The translations under genes were made by a program, and so were the position numbers. From Podarcis pityusensis (Eukaryota), in the NCBI GenBank assembly GCA_964106645.2, contig OZ067047.1: DNA of 64,000 nt; one strand, given 5' to 3'. Below are positions 13,547 to 22,784 of the stretch, one piece after another; positions within the stretch are counted from its first letter, which is position 1; every line of letters begins with the position of its first letter. Under the pieces are notes generated by a model. It was not told the DNA's origin. It worked only from the letters and a program-made list of their open reading frames with translations, and searched no databases.

Positions 13547-14893
13547 TTTGTGTGTGTTTTTTTGTTTGTTTTTTTTTGAATAAAATGTTTATTAAAGTTT
13601 ACACATTACAAAAAAGAAAAGAAAAACAAGAGAGAAATATACAAAACATCAACAATACCAAGAAAAAAGAAAAGAAAAGAAAAGAAAAACATTAAAAAAA
13701 ACCCAAAAGAGAACAGACAATCATACAAAAGAGCCCCATATTTTCATATCCTTATCTTTCATTAGCTTATTTCCTCGACTTCCTCACACCTCTTTTTTTG
13801 TATTCTAGTTCAATTAAATGTTCTAGCAAGTCCTTTCCCTCTTTCACAAATTTAGTTCCATAATTTAATTTAACAAAATTTTAAACTTAAATTTACATCT
13901 TTACCCAATGTCAGCTATTCATACTTAATTCTTTATAATATTTCTACTAAAGTCATATACCTTCTTTCCAGCATCTTTCTAACATTCATTAATTTTAGAA
14001 TATTTCTGTAAATAAGCTTTAAATTTCTTCCAATCGTCTTCCACCGACTCTTCTCCCTGGTCTCGGATTCTGCCAGTCATTTCCGCCAATTCCATATAAT
14101 CCATCAGCTTCATCTGCCATTCTTCCCTGGTAGGTAGGTCTTGTGTCTTCCAGTGCTTTGCGATGAGTATTCTTGCTGCTGTTGTAGCATACATGAAAAA
14201 ACCTCTATCCTTCTTTGGCACCAATTGGCTCACCATGCCCAGGAGAAAGGCCTCTGGTTTCTTTAAGAAGATATATTTAAATACCTTTTTCATTTCATTA
14301 TAGATCATCTCCCAGAATGCCTTAATCTTTGGGCATGTCCACCAAAGGTGAAAGAAAGTACCTTCAGTTTCATTGCATTTCCAACATTTATTATCGGGCA
14401 AATGATAGATTTTTGCAAGCTTGACTGGTGTTATGTACCACCTATAAATCATTTTCATTAAATTCTCTTTTAAGGCATTACATGCCGTAAACTTCATACC
14501 AGTGGTCCATAACTGTTCCCAGTCAGCCATCATAATGTTATGTCCAACATCCTGTGCCCATTTAATCATAGCAGATTTCACCATTTCATCCTGAGTATTC
14601 CATTTCAGTAGCAAGTTATACATTCTTGACAAATTCTTAACTTTAGGATCTAACAATTCTGTTTCCAACTTTGATTTTCCCACTTGGAAACCTAATTTTT
14701 TGTCCTGATTGTATGCTTCCATTATTTGGTAATAATGGAGCCAATCACGCACTCTGTTTTTTAATTTTTCAAAGCTCTGTAATTTTAATCTGTCACCCTC
14801 TTGTTCCAAAATTTCCCAGTACTTCGGCCATTTGGCCTCCATATTGAGTTTTTTCTGAGCCTTTGCCTCCATAGGTGACAGCCATCTTGGGGT
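13547..14893 (-). mobile_element. 5'-truncated L1-clade LINE (ORF2 C-terminus, 3' UTR, poly-A)
   Basis: Open frame TPRWLSP...CWKCNETEGTFFHLWWTC (L1 C-terminal cysteine-rich domain) to the stop at 13979. A-rich tail at 13547-13577; TSD CCAAGTTTTT at 13537-13546 and 14894-14903. Confidence 0.9.
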
Positions 14894-14916
14894 CCAAGTT
14901 TTTGTTTTGTACCACC

Positions 14917-15334
14917 TGTTAGATATTATTCGTGGAGACAAAGGACTAAGACTCCAGTATAAGGATAACCCTTTTATTCAGCGCGTTTGCAAAGGCGGAC
15001 TCCTCGTACCCGTGGATACGAAGAGCCCTGATCAAGTTTCAGTACAGCAGTTTTATCCCTAGCTGCCGCCCCTCTTTTGGAGGCTTGGCTTACAATCTAC
15101 CTATGCAAAGTTAACACATTTCTAATACATTGTCCAATCTACTCTATCCATGTTACTCATTACCAAATATGGGCACCACCTTTGGCTTGCCTCAGTTTGC
15201 GCATGTGACTGCGTTATCTTGTGTACGTGACTGTGTTATCTCATGCTCGTGACTGGCTCTCAAGGCTGAGTTTGAGGCACATACTATCTGTATTGTTCCT
15301 TTGTTTCCCAATCTTACAGTTTCCCAACCTCACA
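14917..15334 (-). repeat. ERV 3' LTR (418 bp)
   Basis: TG...CA; preceded on the minus strand by the PPT AAAAGAAAAGGGGGGAT; GATAAAA at 15057-15051, AATAAA ~14975. Confidence 0.97.
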
Positions 15335-16332
15335 ATCCCCCCTTTTCTTTTTATACCTTGCCTCAAACTCACGTAATATCTCCCAATATTCTTCACAGTT
15401 AGCTCTTTGGCGATAGTCTCAGCTAAACTTAAAAACATGTTATGAGCTTTTGGGGGAAGGAGTAAACTATTTAAGTGTTGTATTTCTTCCTCAAAACTCT
15501 CAAATACTGAGATTGGCTGTTTACTGACTTTAGTGGTATGTATTTTAATAATTAGATACCCATAAGGATCTCTTCCGGCCCCGTCTATTCCCAATCCAAG
15601 ATAAACGTATTTGGGGGTAGTAGAAGGCAGCTCCCTAGCCCATAAACAGATGGGGTTGCATTTTCCTGTGCTGCAGTCAGTGGACGCTCCCTTCCTTGTT
15701 ATGTTTATTCCTTCTGGACCTTTATATGTGGGGTTGGAGCTCACTCCTTCTGTGTACCAATAGTTCACGATTCCTCCTCCTGCCCCTATGTTGCCTCCCC
15801 TTATTCGCTGAAATAGATATTTACTCTCTGTTAGATAGGATTGTTCCCAACCATGGGATCCACAGGTCACCCCTTCTTGGTTGTTTGGTCCCTGTCCTTT
15901 GGCTATAGCTGTGCAAGCATCAAAACATACGTGGATTGTTGCATTCCCTCTGGTCACATTGTGAGCTATATACCCCTGTCTCTGCTGAGCCAACGCGAAT
16001 GCTACCGATCTTTGTTGCCTCCCTACTGCTCCCCCTTTGTATCCATATACGTAAATGGTGGAGGTGGTGGGTCCTAAGGCCAAAGGTTCATAACATTCTG
16101 TTTTATTTTCCCCGGTTTTACATCTATAGTACTGGGTCTGATTGTGGACACAGGGGTCTAGTATCTCCTTGCACTCTGGAGCTACATTATAATACATTAA
16201 GGTCCTTGTAATTTTGTTCCCTGTTTTTGTGACTTGAACACATTCTGTACATTGTAGCGTTTCCGCGGAGCCCTGGACCACACCAACTGTTAAGAGGCCT
16301 AACAGAAATCCCCTCATCCAACTTATTTTCAT
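15241..16332 (-). CDS. env: ERV Env, ERV3/HERV-R-like SU, internally deleted (no TM)
   Basis: Signal peptide; CTEC..ITRTLMY..C..CVHNQTQY, FDAC, CNP, VFESF and NMFLSLAETIA match ERV3-type SU. The expected CxxC is replaced by an env-end sequence that reads through the PPT into U3. Confidence 0.88.
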   Translation of the reverse strand: MKISWMRGFLLGLLTVGVVQGSAETLQCTECVQVTKTGNKITRTLMYYNVAPECKEILDPCVHNQTQYYRCKTGENKTECYEPLALGPTTSTIYVYGYKGGAVGRQQRSVAFALAQQRQGYIAHNVTRGNATIHVCFDACTAIAKGQGPNNQEGVTCGSHGWEQSYLTESKYLFQRIRGGNIGAGGGIVNYWYTEGVSSNPTYKGPEGINITRKGASTDCSTGKCNPICLWARELPSTTPKYVYLGLGIDGAGRDPYGYLIIKIHTTKVSKQPISVFESFEEEIQHLNSLLLPPKAHNMFLSLAETIAKELTVKNIGRYYVSLRQGIKRKGGIVRLGNCKIGKQRNNTDSMCLKLSLESQSRA

Positions 16333-16333
16333 A

Positions 16334-16558
16334 TTATTTGTCTTCCAACTCTCTGAGAGCCTGGACCACCGTGGGGGTCTGAACTAAACTGCAATATATA
16401 GTTGTCCCTCCCAGTGCAATCGTACAGTATTGGAGTATTATGTCCTCTATGCACATGAGATTGCACTCTTCCGTGCAGTGGACACAGCAGACACACCCTT
16501 CACAGTGGGCACAGCAACAGCATTCGAAAAGACACTTGCACGTGCAGAATAAACACAT
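16334..16558 (-). CDS. Putative cysteine-rich accessory protein (74 aa) between pol and env
   Basis: ATG 11 nt after the pol TAA; its TAA is 1 nt before the env ATG. 17 Cys (15 in the first 36 aa), mixed TGT/TGC codons, CxxCxCK and two CCxHC motifs. Confidence 0.65.
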   Translation of the reverse strand: MCLFCTCKCLFECCCCAHCEGCVCCVHCTEECNLMCIEDIILQYCTIALGGTTIYCSLVQTPTVVQALRELEDK

Positions 16559-16569
16559 TGGAGCTCTAG

Positions 16570-19500
16570 TTATTGCCTTACAGTCCTTCCCTGGTTCCCG
16601 GTCCCTGATTTTGTGATTTTTATTTTTAGTGGATCGTCTAGGCTCGGTATGGCCGTCCAACGTTCAGGCGGGGCCCTCTTCACGCGGTGGTAGTGGGTCC
16701 ATCCATACTCACGAGTCCGTACTGCTGATTCGGTGATAAGCAGGACCCGAAATGGACCATCCCAACCCAGGCTGAGCTTTTCCGCCTTCCACGTCTTAAT
16801 TAGGACCAGGTCACCAGGCTGGAAACTGTGTTGCTGCTCCAGTAGCGGAGGGCGTTGGGCCAGGATACCGCGTCTATGAAGAGACAACAAAGACTGGGAG
16901 AGTGATTGCAAATACTTTCTAATGAACAAGTCTTTGAACTCCACCATCGGTTGACCTAGTTGCGCCAAGTATGGTCTTCCCATCATCAACTCAAATGGGG
17001 ATACCCCTAAGTCCTTTCTGGGGGCTATACGCATCCTTAGTAAAGCCAAAGGAAGGTTTTTCGTCCATGGTAATCCATTTTCTAAATATAATTTAGTTAA
17101 ATGTTTTTTTATTTCTGCATTTGCCCTTTCCACCTTCCCGCTACTCTCTGGATGCCACGGCGTGTGAAGGTCCCATTTGATTCCTAGGGCTGTCATTACT
17201 TCCTGTAGAACCTTCTGTGTGAAATGGGTGCCGCGGTCTGAGTCTATGGCTTCTATTATACCAAACCGGGGGACTATATGTTCCAGAATGGCCTTGACTA
17301 CTACCTGTGCTGTTGCTTTTCGACTTGGGAAGGCCTCCACCCACCCTGTAAGATGATCTTTGAATACCAGAAGATGTTTATAACCTCCCTTCTCTGGTAG
17401 TTCTGTGAAATCCACTTGTATTCTTTGGTATGGCCATACTGCTAGAGGTCTTCCCCCTTTTTCTGTTTTCTTTGCTTTGGCCTTATTTACCTTGTGACAA
17501 ATTATGCATTTCCAGGCTATGGAGTGGGCCATGGGCCACATATCTTTACTCCAATACAATGATTTCACCATGTTAACCATAGCCTCTGTCCCGAAATGTC
17601 CACTCTCATGTATCTTCTCTAGAATCCCCATCATTACAGTCTTTGGCAGTACTATTTGTCCCTCTGGGGTCCTCCATTCCTTATCCTTCTTTTCCCATCC
17701 CTCTCTTGTTATATATTCTATCTCTTGAGAGGTGAAAGTTAAACTCTCTGTGTCAGCCGTGGTCAGAATGGGCACCCTCAGGGTACATTGCTGTATCGTT
17801 ATTTCATTTGGCACTCCCTTAGCGGCTTCTTTTGCCCTCAAATCAGCCCATCTATTTCCAGCTTCCTCAGGGGTAGTACCCCTAGTGTGAGCGGGGATAT
17901 GTACCACTGCAACCTTTTCTGGTCCAGTAAGGGCATCCAACAGCCTTTCCAACAAGGCCATGTGTTCTATCTGTTTCCCATCTGCCTTAATGAACCCTCG
18001 GTCTCGCCAGGTCCTCCCGAAAGTATGCACCACACCCCATGCATAACGGGAATCGGTCCATATGGTTACTTCCAGGCCCCTAGCCAACTCGAGGGCCCGG
18101 GTCAAAGCCATGATTTCACTTTTCTGGGCCGACCAATTCGCCGGCAAGGCCCCACTTTCAATCACCTCCCCATCCTCCTTGACTACAGCATATCCTGATT
18201 TCCTTTTTCCTTCCTCAACATAACTAGACCCATCTATGTACCATCTCTCTCCCATTGTTAAAGGGGTTTCAGATAAATCTTCTCGGACCTTTGCCATTAA
18301 TTGTATAGTGCCCAAGCAGTCGTGTTCATCCGGTTCCCATTCTTTCCTTTCTCCTATCAGGAATTCTGCCGGATTTAGATTCCGATCAGTTCCCAGTGTG
18401 ATATCAGGGCTTGTTCTTAGCACTGTTTCATAGTGCGTTAAGCGGCCATCCGTCATCCAGGTGGAGGCTGCCCCAGTCAGCACCGTGGATATTTGATGTG
18501 GACTATGAACAATTAGGGCTCCTCCAAAAGTTAGCTTTCTGCTTTCAACTACCAATTCAGTCACTGCTGCCACCACCTGGATACACGTGGGCCATGCTCG
18601 CACTACTGGCTCCAGGGTTCTGCTGAGATAGGCTACTGGCTAATACCGCCCCCCTCTCTTTTGGGCTAAAACTCCGACAGCAGTCTGAGAACTGATGGTT
18701 ACATATAAGTGGAACGGCTGTTGGAGGTTCGGTAATGCTAGGACCGGGGCCCCTATTAATGTTTTCTTTACTTCTTCCCATCTTTGTTCATCATCTTGTC
18801 CCCATGTTATTTCACCGTCTCCGACTAGTTTTTGGTTTAAAAACCGAACCAGCTTGGCAAATTGGTCTATCCACAGTCTACAATATCCCAGGAGTCCCAG
18901 CATTCTCCTCACATCTGTTTTGTTCTTAGGGGGTTGTAATTCTAAGATCCCCTTGACTCTTTTTGGATCCAATTTTCTTGTTCCCCCTTCTAGCAAATGT
19001 CCCAAATATTTCACCTTCCGCTGTACAAACTGTAGTTTGTCCTTAGACACTTTCACCCCTAGCTTACCCAGCCAATTCAGCAATCTTATAGAGTCTTGTC
19101 TAACCTCTTTCTCTTTTTCTCCCATCATCAGCAGTCTACATATTGCAACAAGCTATTGGGGCCTGTGGTGGTAAAACCTGCTAACTTTTCCCCTAGTGCC
19201 TGCCCAAAAAGAAGTGGACTTTCTGTATACCCTTGGGGCAAAACCGTCCATCTATATTGTTGTTTTCTGCCCGTGTTCACATCTTCCCACTCAAAAGCAA
19301 ATAGATCTCGGCTTTCAATGTCCAGGGGACAAGTCCAAAATGCATCCTTTAAGTCTATAACGGTATACCATCGGGTAGTGGGTGGAATGCGGCTAAGGAG
19401 AGTATATGGGTCCGGTACTACCGGGAAACGGGGGACCACTATCCGGTTTATGTTCCTTAGGTCCTCAACCATTCTATATTTCCCGTCTTTCTTTTGCACC

Positions 19501-20093
19501 GCTAAGATAGGAGAGTTAAAAGGTGACATGGTGGGTTCTAATAATCCCTGCTTTATCAGTTCATTTACCACCGGCTGTAGTCCTATTCTCCCTTTTCTAG
19601 TCATTGGGTATTGGGGGGTCCATGACTGGGTGATTCCTGGCTTTACTGTGACCTTAATGGGGGCTATGTCCAGTCTCCCTACCATCTTCCCATCTGCCCA
19701 CACCGTTGGGTCTATTTGTTCCTCATCCTCTATCTGCAGAGGGTACATGGGAGTTCCTAAGTCTAAATCCAGTAACTGAAATCCCAATTCTACCATCAAG
19801 TCTCGCCCTAACAAATTTATTCCTGACTCAGGAATGAATAATAATGATCCCTTAGCCATCCGGTCTCCTCTTCTTATAATGGTTTCTTCTAATTGCACAA
19901 CTTCCTTTGGTTTCCCGCTTACCCCTACTACTTTCAAATTTGACATTGTTTTACGTACCCCTGGAACAGGTACACATATAGAAGACCGGGTCGCTCCTGA
20001 GTCTATCAGGAAAACCACTGATTTCTGAGAGGGCCCCACACACAAGTTCACCAGTGGCTCATTCCGGGCCCCATGGAGCGAGCCGGAGGTTCC
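16570..20093 (-). pseudogene. pol: ERV pro-pol (PR, RT, RNase H, IN), disrupted by one frameshift and one nonsense codon
   Basis: PR IDSGA/LLGRDL; RT DLKDAF, LPQG, YVD[frameshift ~19135]; in-frame TAG at 18640-18642; RNase H DGSS/TDSRY; IN HHCC, D-D-E and GPF. In frame with gag after TAG. Confidence 0.95.
16870..16905 (-). promoter_or_regulatory. Candidate env/accessory splice acceptor in integrase
   Basis: Pyrimidine-rich tract ctctcccagtctttgttgtctcttcatAG with AG at 16875-16874, the usual position for gamma-type env acceptors. Confidence 0.6.
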
Positions 20094-21899
20094 CTATTCA
20101 TCATATAGACTGAACAACTCAGTTGTGCCAGTTCCTCCCTCTCTTTCTGTCTGTCTTGGCCTCTGACTTCCCTGTCTTTGCTCATTTCTTTCCAGTATCT
20201 GATCTCGTGGGGTCCGACATTCTCGGGCAAAGTGACCAGGTTTGTTACATCGATAACAAATGACACTGGAACCTGGTGTGTAACCCCCTCTCCCTCGCCC
20301 TCTTCCCCGATATGGTGCTCCCCCACGCCCTCTTGCGGCCTCGGTTTCCTGTTGTTTCTGAATTTCCCAAGTTTTCTGTAGAGTAGCCGCCATCATCTGG
20401 CACTTCTGCTTACTTTTTACTGCCTCCCTGTTGACATAAACCTGCTGCGCTGTTCTTACTAAATCTATGATGGCGGCGTCTTGCCAGTTCATTTTCTGCA
20501 ATTTCTTTTGAATATCGGGCCATGCCTTGGTTACGAATTGCATTTTCAGCAGATTGTCAAACGCAGGCGAATCTGGTGCCACCCCTGAATATTTAGTCAA
20601 ATGGTCTCTAATTCTTTGTATGAAGTCGCCCGGTGACTCCTCTTTCATTTGATTGACCTCAAAAGCTTTGGTGAGATTAGTGCTTTGGGGTACAGCCCGT
20701 TTGATTCCTTCCAAGATCATCTCCTTTAAATCTATCAAGTGAGTCCGATGATCTGCATTATTTATGTCCCAGCTCGGGTCCCCTATAGGAAATTTGGTAT
20801 CTGGTGGAGCCGGTGGAGCCGGGGGCTGCCCCCCTTGGTTTACTACTGGCGCGGCCACCCGTTGCGCCTCCTTAACTTCCCAATATTGCATTGCTGCCCT
20901 CCTAATCATTGCTTTTTCTTCTGGGGTAAACAGATGCCCCAAGATATACATCAACTCGGTGTATGTATATATGTGCGGTCCCATCCACATTTGAAGGAGG
21001 TTCGCGACCTCTTGACTGTTCTCATGTAATTTGGGCAGCGTCTGTTTCAACTCTCTGAGTTCTGATGGTTTGATGGGACTGACCACATATACCATTACAG
21101 GCTGGCCTGCTTGATTTATTCCTCCGGGGGTCTCCCTGAGGGGGAAAGTGTGGACTGGAGAGTCGCCCAGACCCTCCGTCTGAGAGAGTCCCCAACCCCT
21201 CTCTTTTCTATACATTCGGAATGTATCAGACCCCGGGGAACCGCGGGGCGCTCCCCCTGGGAGCGGGAAATTCCGCACATCCCTCTCCAGTTGTTGCAGT
21301 TCCCTACGTAACGGTTGGTAGGGTGGCGGTGAACAAACCGCCTGATCCGGCCCCTCTTCCCCGATAACCTCCCCATCCCGCTGATCAGGAGGAGGAGCCT
21401 TTTCTCTTTCTAACCGGGCGTTAACCGGGGGACTTGTGACCGCAGGAAGTGCCGGCGGGGTTGGTGGCCGTTGCACGGCTGCGGGAGGGGCAGAAGGGAC
21501 AGGACGCGTTTCTTCATCTGATTCTTCCTCTTTCTTCCTTAGGGGAAATTGACTAACGGGCGGGGGATCAGGTCCGTAAAACCGGGCATGAAACCATACC
21601 TCTAGGTATGGTTTCTCCTTTTCCTTTTTATTGAATATTAAATAATTTCTCAACTGGGTCATCCAATATCTATCTGTCTCCCCCTCGGGATCCCAAGTAT
21701 ATCCGCCCTCCGGTCCTATTGGATATTTCGGCCAAATGGTTCTACAAAAATTGATCATAGTCACCTTCATCAAACTCCTGGTGAACTTCCTTAAATAATC
21801 TTCATCCCACTGGATCAACACCTGGCCCAACGGACTATTAGGGTCGATTGGGCTTTTCCCATTCCCTTCCCTCTGTCTCTTGCTCTGACTCTTGCCCAT
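20094..21899 (-). CDS. gag: ERV Gag polyprotein (601 aa, intact)
   Basis: Myristoylation MGKSQS, late domains PSAP and PPPY, MHR-like QMKEESPGDFIQRI, single zinc knuckle CYRCNKPGHFAREC; ends in TAG. Confidence 0.95.
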   Translation of the reverse strand: MGKSQSKRQREGNGKSPIDPNSPLGQVLIQWDEDYLRKFTRSLMKVTMINFCRTIWPKYPIGPEGGYTWDPEGETDRYWMTQLRNYLIFNKKEKEKPYLEVWFHARFYGPDPPPVSQFPLRKKEEESDEETRPVPSAPPAAVQRPPTPPALPAVTSPPVNARLEREKAPPPDQRDGEVIGEEGPDQAVCSPPPYQPLRRELQQLERDVRNFPLPGGAPRGSPGSDTFRMYRKERGWGLSQTEGLGDSPVHTFPLRETPGGINQAGQPVMVYVVSPIKPSELRELKQTLPKLHENSQEVANLLQMWMGPHIYTYTELMYILGHLFTPEEKAMIRRAAMQYWEVKEAQRVAAPVVNQGGQPPAPPAPPDTKFPIGDPSWDINNADHRTHLIDLKEMILEGIKRAVPQSTNLTKAFEVNQMKEESPGDFIQRIRDHLTKYSGVAPDSPAFDNLLKMQFVTKAWPDIQKKLQKMNWQDAAIIDLVRTAQQVYVNREAVKSKQKCQMMAATLQKTWEIQKQQETEAARGRGGAPYRGRGRGRGGYTPGSSVICYRCNKPGHFARECRTPRDQILERNEQRQGSQRPRQTEREGGTGTTELFSLYDE

Positions 21900-22109
21900 G
21901 GTTTACAATGTCTCCGACTCCACTTACTCACACAATCACACGGAATCGCCTGGCCGCTTCCCTCGCGGGATAGGCGGAACCGCAAGCTAATCCTCCCGTC
22001 AGGGCCGAACCCTGATCCACACTCACGCGTCCGTATGGAGCCTCTCTTTCATCCAAGAGACGAGTCTCTCACCCCCATCCCACAGCACAGTTTACAAAGT
22101 TCTCATGTC

Positions 22110-22118
22110 TACTCACCC
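22110..22118 (-). promoter_or_regulatory. ERV major splice donor (candidate)
   Basis: GG|GTGAGTA in the leader between PBS and gag. Confidence 0.7.
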
Positions 22119-22342
22119 AATACAGTCCAGCGTCGCTTCTCGCAACTAGTGAACAGGCGGGCGTCCCCGCTGGGTGCTCACGGTCCCAGACCGCCAAAGA
22201 ACTGGAGTTTTCCCTACTTCCTTATATTGAGTCCTGTCTTAGCCCTCGTGAGCTGTCGCGGGCAGATCTAGGTCCGGGCTACTCCGAATAGCGGAGCGGC
22301 GCCGGCCCGGAATCCGAGTTCCCCCCGCGCAACCCGTCGAGG

Positions 22343-22360
22343 GCCCCACGTTGGGCGCCA
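22343..22360 (-). promoter_or_regulatory. Primer-binding site, tRNA-Lys(CUU)
   Basis: TGGCGCCCAACGTGGGGC, the 18-nt complement of the tRNA-Lys1,2 3' end, 5 nt from the LTR. Confidence 0.92.
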
Positions 22361-22365
22361 AGAAT

Positions 22366-22784
22366 TGTTAGATATTATTCGTGGAGACAAAGGACTAAGA
22401 CTCCAGTATAAGGATAACCCTTTTATTCAGCGCGTTTGCAAAGGCGGACTCCTCGTACCCGTGGATACGAAGAGCCCTGATCAAGTTTCAGTACAGCAGT
22501 TTTATCCCTAGCTGCCGCCCCTCTTTTGGAGGCTTGGCTTACAATCTACCTATGCAAAGTTTAACACATTTCTAATACATTGTCCAATCTACTCTATCCA
22601 TGTTACTCATTACCAAATATGGGCACCACCTTTGGCTTGCCTCAGTTTGCGCATGTGACTGCGTTATCTTGTGTACGTGACTGTGTTATCTCATGCTCGT
22701 GACTGGCTCTCAAGGCTGAGTTTGAGACACATACTATCTGTATTGTTCCTTTGTTTCCCAATCTTACAGTTTCCCAACCTCACA
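22366..22784 (-). repeat. ERV 5' LTR (419 bp)
   Basis: Differs from the 3' LTR by one substitution and one 1-nt indel. Confidence 0.97.

Larger units (their letters stand above)
14917..22784 (-). mobile_element. Endogenous retrovirus, class I (gamma-like, HERV-I/ERV3-related), near full-length provirus
   Basis: Paired LTRs, PBS, gag, pro-pol, env and PPT; 4-bp TSD CACC/TACC (one mismatch). Confidence 0.97.

Noticed and set aside
14894-14941. N-terminus of the 320-aa ORF 13979-14941
   Set aside because: The first 16 codons come from LTR and flank with a non-ATG start; not part of L1.
19128-19142. 'YVDC' as a novel RT catalytic motif
   Set aside because: Better explained as a frameshifting deletion in YVDD; RT resumes in another frame.
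17504-21311. Antisense ORFs (up to 227 aa) opposite gag/pol as HBZ/ASP-like genes
   Set aside because: Mostly non-ATG starts, no motifs; typical shadow ORFs.
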